NCBI GenBank assembly: GCA_025603075.1
Contig: MU626316.1
Location: 1-64,000 of the forward strand
Reading direction: 5' to 3'
DNA from: Neoconidiobolus thromboides FSU 785
Taxonomy: Eukaryota > Fungi > Entomophthoromycota
Length of the DNA: 64,000 bases
The first letter of the stretch is position 1, and each line of letters starts with the position of its first letter. Made by a program: the position numbers and the translations under genes. Below the pieces are notes generated by a model, which saw only the letters and a list, made by a program, of their open reading frames with translations, made no database searches and was not told the origin of the DNA. Positions 1 to 12,870 of the stretch are shown piece after piece.

Positions 1-360
1 ATCAATGATAATGGACGTATTATTAACATGGGCACTTCATTATTGGCTGTTACCACCCCATTCTATTCAGCTTATGCAGGCTCTAAATCTGCCTTAGAAC
101 ATTTTACTAGAGCCTTGGCAAAGGAATTAGGTCACAGAGGTGTTACTGTTAATACCGTAGCCCCAGGTCCTATTGATACTAGTTTTTTCCATGGACAGGA
201 GTCAAAAGAATCAGTTGAAATGTTTACAAATATGACACCAGCTAAAAGACTAGGACTTGTAGAAGATGTATTACCAGTAGTTGAGTTTTTAGTTTCTGAT
301 AAGGCTAAATGGGTCAATGCTCAAACTATTTTTGTTAATGGTGCTCTCATTACTCGCTAG
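1..360 (+). CDS. Classical short-chain dehydrogenase/reductase, C-terminal half (5' truncated by window edge)
   Basis: Frame open from base 1 (INDNGRIINM...); YxxxK motif YAGSK, NTVAPGPIDT, RLGLVEDV and TIFVNG are typical of classical SDRs. Confidence 0.9.
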   Translation: MNDNGRIINMGTSLLAVTTPFYSAYAGSKSALEHFTRALAKELGHRGVTVNTVAPGPIDTSFFHGQESKESVEMFTNMTPAKRLGLVEDVLPVVEFLVSDKAKWVNAQTIFVNGALITR

Positions 361-1153
361 GACTGATCGAAAAATAAAGCATTTATTATATCAATTTTTA
401 TTATCATTTGAGGTTTTATATTTTATAATCATAATTTAATATAAACATAAATAGTAAATTTTAAAACAATTTGAATTTAAATTCTTAATAAAGCAATTAA
501 TATGCTTAACAATTTATAAAATAAACTAGAATTATTAAAGTATATAAAAGAAAGTGCGATAGGTTTGAAGGTGTGAATCAGTCCAAAAACATACCTTTAA
601 ATCTGCGTTATTATAACATAAAGTCAGTTTAAGTTTTATTAAACAATATTATTACATAAACGTTTTTGATAGTCAAAAAGATTTGAAAAGTTATTTTAAA
701 AAATAAAGCTTTAATAAATAAAATAGCTTAGATAATTTATACTTCATATTTTAATACATTTTGTTAATTTAAATTCCATTGAACTATAATAATATTAATT
801 AATTTGAAAAAAACATTTAGTGTCTTTTTAGTATTCATCGTAGTTTTTTCTATTTTAATTATCTTTTATTCTATTTTTATTGACTCTACTTTTTGCTGTT
901 AAACTTTATCAAGTCAAACTAACAAGCTAGAGAAATGAACCAGTTTGATATTTTATAGAAGCCTGAAATTCTAATAATATCATTCCTTAGCATTCCAAAC
1001 CTACGATTAAACACATTGTTCAATAGAAACAATAGTGACAAAATATTGTGGCAATTAGCAAAAATTACTCTAGCCAATAAAAGCCAAAAGCTAACTTTTA
1101 ACAGGTGATAGACAAATAAAAGAGGAATAGAAAAGTAACCAAAAAAATAAAGT

Positions 1154-2680
1154 ATGAGTTATCCAAAAGCAATGTTAAGCCAACTTACAGATTTAGACGA
1201 TAGCGAACTTGATGAACAAGCAGGCGTATTTGGATATAGCAATAAAAGGGATGCACCGCCAAGTCCTAAATTATTTTTCAACCCAACATCGGTATTTTTA
1301 GACGTTCCGGATTATAGAGAAACTGTGTCACACTCCAAAAGATATACCCATCAACCAAGCACCCCAAACTTGTTTCAAGAAGAGAATACAGAGGAAGATC
1401 ATGAAAGGAAACAATATTTTTTGCAAAAGTCAGCACCTAAAGGATCTGAGAGAAGACTGTCTATTGAAACTATGGAGACTAAAAATAATAATGGAGATAA
1501 TTATGCAATGGTAAGCGGCAATGATTTTAAATTTTAAGTTTTAAATATTTTATTATTAGTATGAGAATAAAAATAAAAAGACAAACAAAAATAAAATGGA
1601 AAATAAAGCTATGAATTCGAATATATTATCAGTAAAGGGAAGTGACTCAGATTCTTATTTAGATAGTGATGAACAAGAGGAATATTTATATAATAAACCA
1701 ATCAAATACAAGTATAGTAATAATACAATAAAAAAGAAGAAAAACATAGAATTCCACCCAGAGTTAGAATACGATAAAAATTTATATTATGAACAAAACG
1801 CGTTTATATCACCAGACAAATCAACAAAAAAGAAAAAAAAAAATTACGGCAGTATAATAAAGGATCGTAAACTTAGTCAACATTTCCAATCGTTTACAGA
1901 CTCAGAAGATGAAACTTTTATACAAATTTGGAATAAAAATAATAATTTTAAAAGAAGAAAGAGAATGATGAGTGACATCTCTCTATTTAGTATTTTAGTA
2001 TTGATCTCCATCTGTTCCTTTTTTATGGCCATTTATTCTATGTCTACCCTCCCTCTAGTTGATGTTGCCATTGTAAATATTAAAAGCGTTTTAGCAGCAG
2101 AGAATAGTTTGACTTTTTATATCCATGTTAGAGGGGCTAACTGGAACCTTTGGTCTATAAGTGTTCAACAATGTACACTGGGTATTTATGTTACCCCTAA
2201 AGGAAATCATACTCTGGATCCACAAGGTAATTATTACTAATGGTAACAAAATTTGGCCTTTAACCCCTTTATTTTAGATAATCCATCTGTTATTTATTTA
2301 GGAGACGTTCATCATGTTGATGAACCTTTAGTTTATCCAGGGTATTATTTCTGGCAAAAGAGAGGGGTACCAGTTACTTTATCCACCACTGTTCGTCTAC
2401 TTGACCCTGGTAAGTTTGGTGATGACCTGAATAAAACAATAGCATGGTAAGATTAATTGATATATTTTAAATATAAACGAATAAATATGATTTTTCTAGG
2501 GCTGATATTATTAAAGATCCTTTTGATTTAACAGTACGTGGTTCTTTTAGTTATGAGTTGTTATATCAAAAAGAGTTGGCTAGGGTATGTGCTATTCAGG
2601 CTGTTGATCCAACTAAAAATGGAAAAGATACTACTCAGCTTAGTCCTACTATATCTTGCATTGATGATGATGATCCTTAA
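1154..2680 (+). CDS. VAC7: Vacuolar segregation protein Vac7-like; 4 exons (1154-1510, 1560-2226, 2278-2446, 2500-2680)
   Basis: GT-AG introns join the ORFs in frame; low-complexity N-terminus, one TM helix, then FYIHVRGANWNLWSISV...YLGDVHHVDEPL...W-ADIIKDPFDLTVRG, resembling the Vac7 lumenal domain. Confidence 0.7.
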
Positions 2681-2890
2681 TTTATTTTAATTTATTTTTC
2701 ATCACAATACAACTTTTATTTACTTTTGTTTTTTTATAATAAAATAAATACAAACTATTAAATTAATTTATTGTTTTAATCAAAGGCTTTTTACTATATA
2801 AGGAAATATAAAAGCCAAAGATAATTATGCACAAACCATTAAAAAGTGATCGAAAATTTCAAAAAATTACTCCTTTTAAAATAATTAAAG

Positions 2891-5058
2891 ATGAGTAGTC
2901 AATTAACATTAGATGGCGAAACCATAACCCAAGCAGAGAATTTTAAGGATACTGCTAATAAATACTTTTCTGGTAATTATATAATAAAATAATATGGAAA
3001 AATAAAATAAAATATTAAAATTCTATATAAAGAAAAGAAGTATACACTATCAATAGAAAACTATACAAAAGCTATTGAGTTAAATCCATCGGTCCCTAGC
3101 TACTATACCAATAGAGCTTTTGCTCATATCAAATTGGAAGCTTATGGTGCCGCTATTTCTGACTCTGAAGCTGCTATTGCTTTGGATAAAAGTTTTGTCA
3201 AAGTATGATAGTAGTAGTGTAAAAAGTAGAGATGATTAATTTAATTTATTAGGGCTATTATAGAAGAGGAATAGCCAATATGGCGTTAGCAAAGTTTAGC
3301 GAAAGCTTGAAGGATTTCAGAATGGTAAAAATAATTATATATAGTTATGTGAAGAATGATAGTAACAATTAAATTAAGGTAGCTAAACTTCGACCAAAAG
3401 ACGCAGATGCTATTAGTAAGTTAAAGGAGTGTGAAAAAATCGTTCGTAGAGAAAAATTCGAACAAGCCATCCAAGTAATTTAAATCTATTACACATTTAA
3501 TTGTATTCTTATGATATATCTTAGTCAGAAAACTCAACTAAAAGCATCTCTGAGGCAATCGATCTTGATTCAATGAGTAACAATAATATATAAAATAACA
3601 TAAAAAGATTTTACACAAACTTTCTAATAGCTATTGAGGATAATTATGATGGCTATAAGTTACAAGACGATGAGTTTAATCAAGAGTTTATTGACGATTT
3701 AATAGAAAGGTTTAAAAACCAAAAGAAAATTCATAGAAAATATGCCTATAAGGTAAATTGCATACTAATACATTCCTAAACACTGAGCTTTCGTTATTAT
3801 TAGATTTTACTTAAATGTAAAGAAATGTTCACTGCTTTACCAACTTTAGTTGATATTGATATACCTGAAGGTACTAAATTAACAGTATGTGGCGATACTC
3901 ATGGTAATACATTGCTTTGTAATAATAGTATAATTATAGCTAATAACTATCATGACAAATAGGGCAATACTATGATTTATTAAACATCTTTAAATTGAAT
4001 GGATTACCAAGTGATAAAAACATGTATTTGTTTAATGGTGATTTTGTTGATAGAGGTTCCTTTTCAGTAGAAGTGATACTGACTTTATTAGCATATAAAG
4101 TGACATATCCCAACTCGATCTATCTTAACCGTGGTAATCATGAAACTGATAATATGAACAAAGTCTATGGCTTTGAAGGTGAAGTTAAAGCAAAATATCC
4201 TTTTTTATTATTATTACTATTATATTTATTATATTTGAAATTTTATTCTTAACTTTTATGTTTACATTTTCAGATTTAATGTTCCAACTGTTCTCTGAGA
4301 TATTTAATGGACTTCCATTAGCCCATTTAATTAAAAATAAGGTTTTAGTTGTCCATGGTGGCTTGTTTTCTAAAGATGATGTTACCTTAGATGATATAAG
4401 AAAAATCAATCGTTTCTCTCAACCTCCTAATGAAGGTAATTTACTTAATCCTTAATCTTTTTATATTAGTGTTAATTTATTATTTAGGTTTAATGTGTGA
4501 GTTATTATGGTCTGATCCTCAACCACAAGTAAGTTTGTTTGTATTAGTACCATTAATATTTATTAATATGATTTTATATAGAATGGTAGATCACCTTCTA
4601 AACGTGGTATTGGTATTCAATTCGGTCCTGATGTTACACATAAATTCTTAAAACAAAACAACCTTGGTAAACTAAGTTTAAATTGTATTTAACCATATTT
4701 AATAACGTTGATTAAATAGATCTTTTGATTCGTTCTCACGAAGTCAAAGATTCAGGATATGTAATTGAGCACGATGGTAAATGTATTACTGTGTTTTCGG
4801 CACCAAACTATTGGTAAGAAATAATTATTATAAAACCCAAACATATTGATGATGATTATTGTTAGCGATTCGGTGGGTAATGAAGGGGCTTATATTCATA
4901 TAGATAGCGAATTAAATGTAAAATATAATAAATTTAACGCAGTGGTAAGTTTTACAGTCATTGAGTAAAGTAAAGATATATTAAACAAATTTTATTAGCC
5001 ACATCCTAATATTCGCGCTATGGCTTATGCTAACCAGTTTGGAGCAGGTTACTTTTAA
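2891..5058 (+). CDS. PPT1: Serine/threonine protein phosphatase 5 (TPR + PPP catalytic domain), 14 exons
   Basis: TPR repeats (YTKAIELNP...[16 protein letters not shown]), [44 protein letters not shown]; 12 GT-AG introns and one AT-AC intron. Confidence 0.97.
4195..4265 (+). other. U12-type (minor spliceosome) AT-AC intron, 71 nt
   Basis: 5' ATATCCTTTT, branch TTCTTAAC about 12 nt before terminal AC; removal restores [23 protein letters not shown]. Confidence 0.92.
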
Positions 5059-5237
5059 AAGTAATATTGCTTTTTTCTAGATTATTTCTTTACAAAATAA
5101 TAAAAATGAAGATTGTAATTTTGATATTGTATATTTTAATGCTAACAAATATACCTTTTTTACTTATCCATCATATTATCATTCATTTTGATAAAACATT
5201 TATATACTCTTTGATCAAAATTCTATATTTCAGTATT

Positions 5238-5336
5238 TGGGGATATGTTTTTTTATTTAAGAATTTTACTACAATCTTTCCACTCAAATAGCGCTTAAAA
5301 AATGGAAAAATAATGAAACTAAAAAAAACAGCCCCA
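5238..5336 (+). mobile_element. ~100-bp MITE, copy 1
   Basis: TGGGG..CCCCA ends; flanks TT/TT. Confidence 0.85.
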
Positions 5337-5425
5337 TTTATTAAATATGATAAAATTTGCAATAACCAATTACCAATTAAACTCAAGAATCGATTCTTTT
5401 TCATACTTTTTTAAACCAAGAAAGA

Positions 5426-5866
5426 ATGTCTAAAGTATCGAAAATAACTAAAGTAGTCCCATTAAAGAACGAAGTCTTAATAAAATACTTATTAAGTAGA
5501 GAAAACCCAATAACCACAAAAGAGATATTCAGCAAATATGAATCCGAACACTCAGAACTTCGCTCGGTTCATAATTTAAAGCATAACATATTGACTCCAT
5601 TATGGCGTAAAGGAGATTTGGTAAAGAAAGTTGATAAAGATATGATCAATCCTTTGACTAAAAAAGCAACTTGGCTCTGGGCTTTAAGAGATGACTTAAA
5701 AGAGGTTTATGAAAAAGAAACAAAAGAAACTTTAAAGGATTTCGAATACAAACCAGAGGATAAAATTAAGAAGCATAACTGGGTACCATTGCTTGGACGT
5801 ACGGGGCCATATTCAAACTTTTCAAAGGAAGGATCATTTGAGGATTTTAAATTTCAAAAGCAATAG
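5426..5866 (+). CDS. Hypothetical 146-aa basic protein, intronless
   Basis: Uninterrupted ORF with coding-like composition in an AT-rich background; no family recognised. Confidence 0.65.
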   Translation: MSKVSKITKVVPLKNEVLIKYLLSRENPITTKEIFSKYESEHSELRSVHNLKHNILTPLWRKGDLVKKVDKDMINPLTKKATWLWALRDDLKEVYEKETKETLKDFEYKPEDKIKKHNWVPLLGRTGPYSNFSKEGSFEDFKFQKQ

Positions 5867-6080
5867 GTGGATAGAATAAAGATTAGATTTATAAAGCTAT
5901 TTTGTTATTTTATGTATTTATATTTATATTATTTTTGATAAAATTAAACTATAAAATTAAACACCAAATCTAACCAAATCTATTCTTTTTGGAAGAGAAT
6001 GTCAATTTTAAAATCTTGTGAAAATAAAATGACACAATATTTATTAAATGGGAAAAAAATATAAATGTTTTTTAAAGAAT

Positions 6081-6706
6081 ATGAGTGGTAATTTTCGAGC
6101 GTTTGGGGAAGGAAGTCGTTTAAGTTCAAGAGAACAGACATTGGACGAAAGATATGGAGAACCAGAAAACTTTTTGGAAATTGAAGTAAAGAACCCAATG
6201 ACCCATGGTATAAAAATTATAAATTATAAAGCTATAAGAAATTAATAATAAATTAGGTTTTGGTCGTAAAATGTATACGGATTATGAAATTGTTGTTACA
6301 GTAAGTTATTATGTTTAAAAATTATTGTTTTTTTTTTAGTTATTTTTATTCTTATTGTAGACCAACATACCAGCTTTTAAACTAAGAGAAAGTGTAGTAC
6401 GTCGCAGATATAGTGATTTTGAATGGTTTAGAGACTATTTAGAAAGAGAGACTAGTCGAGTTAACATTCCTTCTTTACCAGGTAAAGTGTTTACTAATCG
6501 ATTTGAGCCTGATGTTATTGAAGCTCGTCGATTAGGGTTAGAACGGTTTATTCAAATGTAAATTTAATTTTGGTTTTTTCTATATTTAATATATTTACAA
6601 AATTAATTTTAATAGTGTTGCTGGTCATCCTTTACTCCAAACTGGATCTAAAGTACTTTCAGCTTTTATCCAAGACCCTAATTTCTCTAAGGATAATTAT
6701 AATTAA
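6081..6706 (+). CDS. SNX3: Sorting nexin-3 (PX domain), 4 exons
   Basis: [64 protein letters not shown]. Confidence 0.95.
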
Positions 6707-8141
6707 ATTTTTTCATGTTATATTTAAATGAAAAAAATAGGATTCTGGTTTATTATTGTTCTTGTTTGATTTGTGGCATTTTTTTTTCTTATATCACCCT
6801 ATTTAAGTCATTGTTTCGTAAATATCACGCATTTGTTTATATAGTATGAGTTTATACTAAAGCAAAACGACCTTTAAATTTATTTACATGTATAGTTTAA
6901 ATACAAAATATAATATTTTTTGAAAGCAGTATTTATTTTTAAATTGTATCTTTGTATTACAATATATTGATGAATAGTTTGAGTCTGTTTTAATTGTTTA
7001 ATTTTTTGCTAACATTTTAACAAAACATAAAATAATATAAATTGACTTTATTTTGTACATCACTATATATTTTATTAATAATAGTTTTATTTCTTTACTA
7101 TTATAGGTTATAAGCCAAAAAAATGTTTTTGTTTAATATATTAGTGCTAGTTTCAGATAATCAATAGCTTACTTATAAGACTAAGGTTTGGTTATAAATC
7201 TCGTCTATTAAATTTATCATTAAATAAAGACATAATATACTAATATCATCATAACTATATTTTTTATTCTCTTTTTATTTTCATTATTTATATTCTTATA
7301 ATCACTCTATATATTGTATTTAAGTCACTAATCTAAAGTATAATTTAGAATCTAAGTATCAAATTTGTGTAACTTTAACTAATGTCGATAGTAGGGAAAA
7401 TATTATATACAGTACTAAGGGTACTGTTTTTGATTTATACCAGTATTCATTACATAATAGCTGTTCTATATTTTTCGACTTAAATGGCTTTCATATTTAT
7501 TTCTGCTTTTAGTATAGCCCTTTATAGAAGCAAAACTATAAACCCTTCATTAGTTTAATATTAAGGCAGTTTCAAAAAACTTTTGATGATATAAAATCAT
7601 TATGAGATACGCTTTATAGTATACTATTAATATTAATCAACAAGCATATACAAAAACTGTAAATTTAAATAAAAACTTAAAATTGAATTTAATTGGTTAT
7701 TTCATAAACTTAGTAACAAAATAAGCGTACGAATAGACAAATTAGGAAATTTTAGTAAAAAAAGAACTTATTGACTTACCCTAAAGAAATAGGCATCCTC
7801 TTTCAAAATCAACGCATAATCTATCGTTGACCTCTCTTCAACCCAGTGTAAGTATTTAGTACCTATTTGAAATAAAAATTTGGAGGACATATATAAAGGA
7901 TACAAACAACAAAAGAACAAAGAGTGAATACATAGTAAAAGAGAAGCGAATAGTATAAATATTATATTACAATTAGGAAAATTGAGAAAATACATCCATC
8001 AAATATTACAAAAAACATAGTCAATATTATAAAAAAAATGAAATAAAATAAACCAGCAGAACCCAACTGAAGATTTTGAAATTAACAAGACAATGGAATC
8101 TAAATTAAGTTTTATAGAATTTAAACCAAGAATAATTTAAA

Positions 8142-8955
8142 ATGGGTCGTGTCATTCGTGCTCAAAGAAAAGGTGCTGGTGGTATTTTCAAATCCCACAA
8201 CAAAAACCGTAAAGGTGCCGCCAAGATCCGTACCCTTGATTACGCTGAACGTAACGGTTATATCCGTGGTATTGTAAAGGAAATTATTCACGATCCTGGA
8301 CGTGGTGCTCCATTAGCTAAGGTCCAATTCCGTGACCCATACAGGTAAATATAATATACATATATTTTATACATAAATTTACTCGAAAAAAAGATACAAG
8401 ACTCGTACTGAAACTTTCCTTGCCACTGAAGGTATGTACTCTGGACAATTCGTATACTGCGGTAAGAAAGCTTCCTTAGCCGTCGGTAACGTACTCCCTC
8501 TCTCCAGCATGCCAGAAGGTACCATTGTCTGCAATGTTGAAGAAAAAGTTGGAGATCGTGGAGCACTCGCTCGTACCTCCGGTGCTTATGCTACCATTAT
8601 TGGACACAACGCTGATGACGGTAAAACCCGTATTAAGCTTCCTTCCGGTGCTAAGAAAGTTATTCTTTCAAGATCCCGTGCTACTGTTGGTATTATAGCT
8701 GGTGGAGGTCGTATCGATAAACCTCTCCTTAAAGCCGGTCGTGCTTATCATAAATATCGTGTTAAACGTAACAGCTGGCCAAAGACTCGTGGTGTTGCTA
8801 TGAACCCTGTAGAACATCCTCATGGTGGTGGTAATCATCAACATATTGGTCACGCTTCAACTGTTGCTCGTGATTCCTCAGCCGGTCAAAAAGTTGGTCT
8901 TATTGCCGCTCGTCGTACTGGTCTTATCCGTGGTTCCAAGAAGACCAAGGAGTAA
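8142..8955 (+). CDS. RPL2: 60S ribosomal protein uL2 (L2/L8), one intron at ~8346-8390
   Basis: [11 protein letters not shown]...[10 protein letters not shown]...[21 protein letters not shown]. Confidence 0.99.
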
Positions 8956-9436
8956 AATATTTCATATATTTGCTATTATAAAAGGGATAAAAGATATACT
9001 AATTATTAGATTCAAAGTATTTTAGATTACTATATCTTTGACTTTATTTCCAATATATTTCTATTTAAATGACAGTTTTAATGTTTAAATAGTGTTTTGA
9101 TAGTATATTTTATTGTATTTCAGTTTCCAATGTTAAGTAATATTTCAGTTTAATTTTAATATAGATGGCACTTTTTATATAATATTTTAGTCTACGTGTA
9201 AAGTTAATTGATATTAAATAAAATTTAACATTTGCCATAAATTTAACAATATGCTAGATGTTAATACTAATTTGCCATCTATGTAGTATATTTATTTGTG
9301 TCTTAAACAATACTTGAATGTTTCAAAATTATTTTAAAAAAACAGGGATAGAGTAATAACTGGAACATAACTATTTATTTAAGCTTTTCACTGTTTAAGA
9401 TCTAATGAAGAGTTATATTTAATATTAAATAGCATA

Positions 9437-9534
9437 TGGAGATATCTTTTTTGTTTAATAATGCTATTAATAATCTTTCTGCTCAAATAGTGCTTGAAAA
9501 ATGGAAAAACTGACGAAATCAAAAAACATCACTA
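9437..9534 (+). mobile_element. MITE copy 2
   Basis: Diverged; flanks TA/TA. Confidence 0.8.
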
Positions 9535-10028
9535 TATTATCATCTAATCGGCATCTATGCGATACGCTATTTCTACTTAGGTTAAATATGATATTCAATA
9601 TTTCAAAGCTATTTAAATGAATTGGAATTAGGACTTAGCTATTTATTAAAAGGTAGTTTTGCTATTTAAGTTAGCTCAGTACACTAAAATTGATCCATGC
9701 AACCTGATATCTTCCATCAAAGTTTCATATTGCTCCTCTATATTAGCAAATTTGAAATAAAGTGATCCAGTGTCTTGATTCAGTAGATATCAATTATTTT
9801 TTCCAGTGCTATATTTAGTCCTTTGTTTACTATATGTTAGCTTAATAAAATTGATAACTATATTCCAAATATTTATTACATTATTGTTGTAATGACTAAA
9901 AGTATTAATATTATATTTATATTAACTTACTTCTAAAAAATGGCTTGTTAAATCAATTATTGTATTATATATCTATTATGGTTAGGATTTCTCCGCTTTT
10001 AATTTATTTTTTAACCCAAAGTATTAAA

Positions 10029-10629
10029 TTAAAATTTAAGGGCATGAGGGAATTGACCTTTGCTAAGAGCGAACTTAGAACCAAGATAAGAAACGAAGTG
10101 AGCTTCTTTCTTGATTAATGGAAGAAGTACGCTATCAATGGATTTTTGATCAGCTTTACGTTCTTCTGGGAGGGCAAGAGTCTAATAATTGTTTAGTTTT
10201 AAATAATTCTATTATGATGTTTATCTAACCTTCTTAGTTTTAGCATCACCAAAGAATTCTTTTTCTGAAACTTTGTTTGAGTTCTTTTCAACCTTTCTGG
10301 TGAAATAGGCATCATCAATGTGTTCAGGAAGCTAATAATTAATCATTAAATTTAAATTAATTTTGATTTAAAATACATACTTGAACACCAGAAACATCTA
10401 CTTTAGCAGAGGTGGCAATAACGTAAGCGTGGTTGACACGACGGAGAGGAACTCCATTTACTTTATATGGACCAGTAACTAAAAGGAGACCGCTCTTAAG
10501 TTGCTTAAGGAAAACAACGCGCTTTCCTTTATGGACACCAGCAAGAAGGATGAGAACAGTTCCAGGGGTGATGCTGGAACGAATGTTGTAAGTTCTGTAC
10601 TTTTTGGTTTGGGTTTGAGTAGAGGCCAT
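10029..10629 (-). CDS. RPL6: 60S ribosomal protein eL6; exons 10629-10381, 10331-10230, 10181-10029
   Basis: [15 protein letters not shown]...[10 protein letters not shown]...[18 protein letters not shown]...RKADQKSID...[10 protein letters not shown]. Confidence 0.97.
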
Positions 10630-11539
10630 TTCAACTTATACTGACTAATAATAAATTTATAAGTTATTCATTCATTTTTTATACACTTTTTGATATGCTA
10701 TGTTTGATATTAGTTGATTTTGTGGTATTGGTTTTTAAAATTGATTTAATTTCGGATGGATGCATTTCCATTTCTTCTGATTCTTCTTTATTATTTCCTA
10801 TCCTCTTTAGTTCCAATTTCGTCTCATATCACATCTATTCTTCCCTTAATTAACTAAAATTACATAGATACCTACCTTTCGTTAGATATTAAGTACTGGT
10901 AACCAAGTAGTGGTTTATAAAAGAGGGAGCTATTTCTTTCATACTATTGATTAGCTTATGGTGAACACTCTTTACCCACTAGTATAGTACAATTAATTTA
11001 CTGATTTAAATTTCCTATCAATGATTGGTTGAATTTCTTATTTTGAATCAATCAGCTATTAGATTAGTATATAAATAGAGCTCAATTTTTTTTAATAACG
11101 GTAGATGTATTTATCTGCAACAGTAGGAGATTCCATAGTGAAAATACTCATATTTTATATAAAACAAATTCTGATTAAAAATACTTTTTTTATGTTTGAT
11201 AACCAAGCAATAAAAATTACCGCTGCAACAAATAACTTTTGAATTTTTCTAAAGAAAGTAATATATGAGCAACTATAGATGAGAGAATTAGTAACCTTTA
11301 TAAATTAGAACATTTAAAAAGCTTTTAAAATACTTTGTTTGAAAAAAGTGAATATACTCTTAAAAATAAATGGTGCTTTAAAATGTTATAAACCGTTGAA
11401 CATACTTTTATAAATACATATATTAAAATTTGGGATGTTTTGAAATTATATAAGCAAAAAGTGCTACTAGTCAATAAAGGTCTTAATGTAACATAAGAAT
11501 TTAATTCAAAATGCCAGTCCAATTTAAGTTTTATCAAAT

Positions 11540-12870
11540 ATGTTATTAGAAAAGATATTTAAATCAATAAGTCCAAAATAACTATTTGACTTGCGCTTTT
11601 TAAGTAAGTACTTGTTTAAAATTACCAGTAGAGTTATCAAGTACGACTTGACCATTTCAGCTTACAATTAAAATAAAGACTATTTCTTGGATTCTCAGCG
11701 AAATATCATTAAAAATGAACTTGGGAAGTATAAAAATTATCAAGAGAAATTTATCAGAGAAAACAGATTACTACTGAAATATTCAAACATCGATAGCGAT
11801 ACTATTAAACATTTAAATTATTCCTCAAATATAGTATCTATCGATCATTTAGAGATGCCTAATATTGATGATGATCGTGATAGCAATAACAATGATGATA
11901 TTGAAACGACCATTAACTTCCCAAAATTAAAAAGAATAGCTATAAACTGTTCTAATTACAAACAAGTATTAAAACAATTTAGTGATTATTTAAATCAACT
12001 CAAAGAACTTAAGATTATAGGATTTGAAATGATCATTGAGGAAATTATTACATACTTAACCCCAGGCATTTTAAAAGCATTAAAAATATACATATGAATG
12101 TCCATACCTTGATGTATTATATACTATTAAAGCAACGTTTGGCAAATTAAAAGTACTAACATTAAAATCAGATACAATAATCAGTACTTTTGCCAAAATA
12201 GACCCAAATGTAAACTTTGATTCAAACTTAATTATGATTTGAATGTACGATACTTTGATGATTTAAAAAAGCAAGGGTAAACTTAATAAATTATTATAAT
12301 AATTTCATTAATAATAATAGCAAGGTAATAGTATAAGATCAATTGAAAATAGCAATGTTATCACTATGGGGTATTTTAATTCATATAAAGCCAACCATGA
12401 ATCCCTTAAGTCACGAACGTTGAAAGAAGTTATTTTGGTGAATTATAAAGAGAACTACTAAAAGGGGTTGTTTTGCTACCAAATATTCAAAGTATTTTAT
12501 ATGACCATTTGAATTATAGAACTACTAAAACTCTGTATGGAATCGACTTAGGTAATGAAGATATTGACAGTGAAGGTTATGGTTCAATCAGATGCAAATT
12601 TATGAAACATATCAAAATTAATACTTTTCGTATTAATTTTAATCGCTTTCGTTCATTTCTATTTTTATTCCCAAATCTCGAAGTATTAAGAATCAAGGAC
12701 TTTAGCATATCAAGTTCATCGCAGAGAGTTAGTTATAGACTTACCACCCTATTATTACCAACTAAAACTTATTTAGCTCAAATGACTACAGTCGCTTGTG
12801 ATAGGCTTAGAAATATCCCAATGTTAGATTGGATTAGGCTACAATAAATATTCTTAGTATTGCCTTAATT
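11540..12870 (+). pseudogene. Degenerate F-box/LRR(RNI)-like gene
   Basis: FPKLKRIAI, LKELKII and FPNLEVLRI repeats plus an F-box-like DLRFLSKYL remnant; stops and a frameshift near 12092. Confidence 0.45.

Noticed and set aside
9505-9525. Hammerhead ribozyme core (CTGACGA/GAAA) in MITE copy 2
   Set aside because: CTGANGA occurs in one copy only, overlaps the GAAA instead of being separated by stem II, and is not conserved
10645-10875. Intronic snoRNA in the long RPL6 leader intron
   Set aside because: No C (RTGATGA) and D (CTGA) box pair or convincing H/ACA hairpins found by eye
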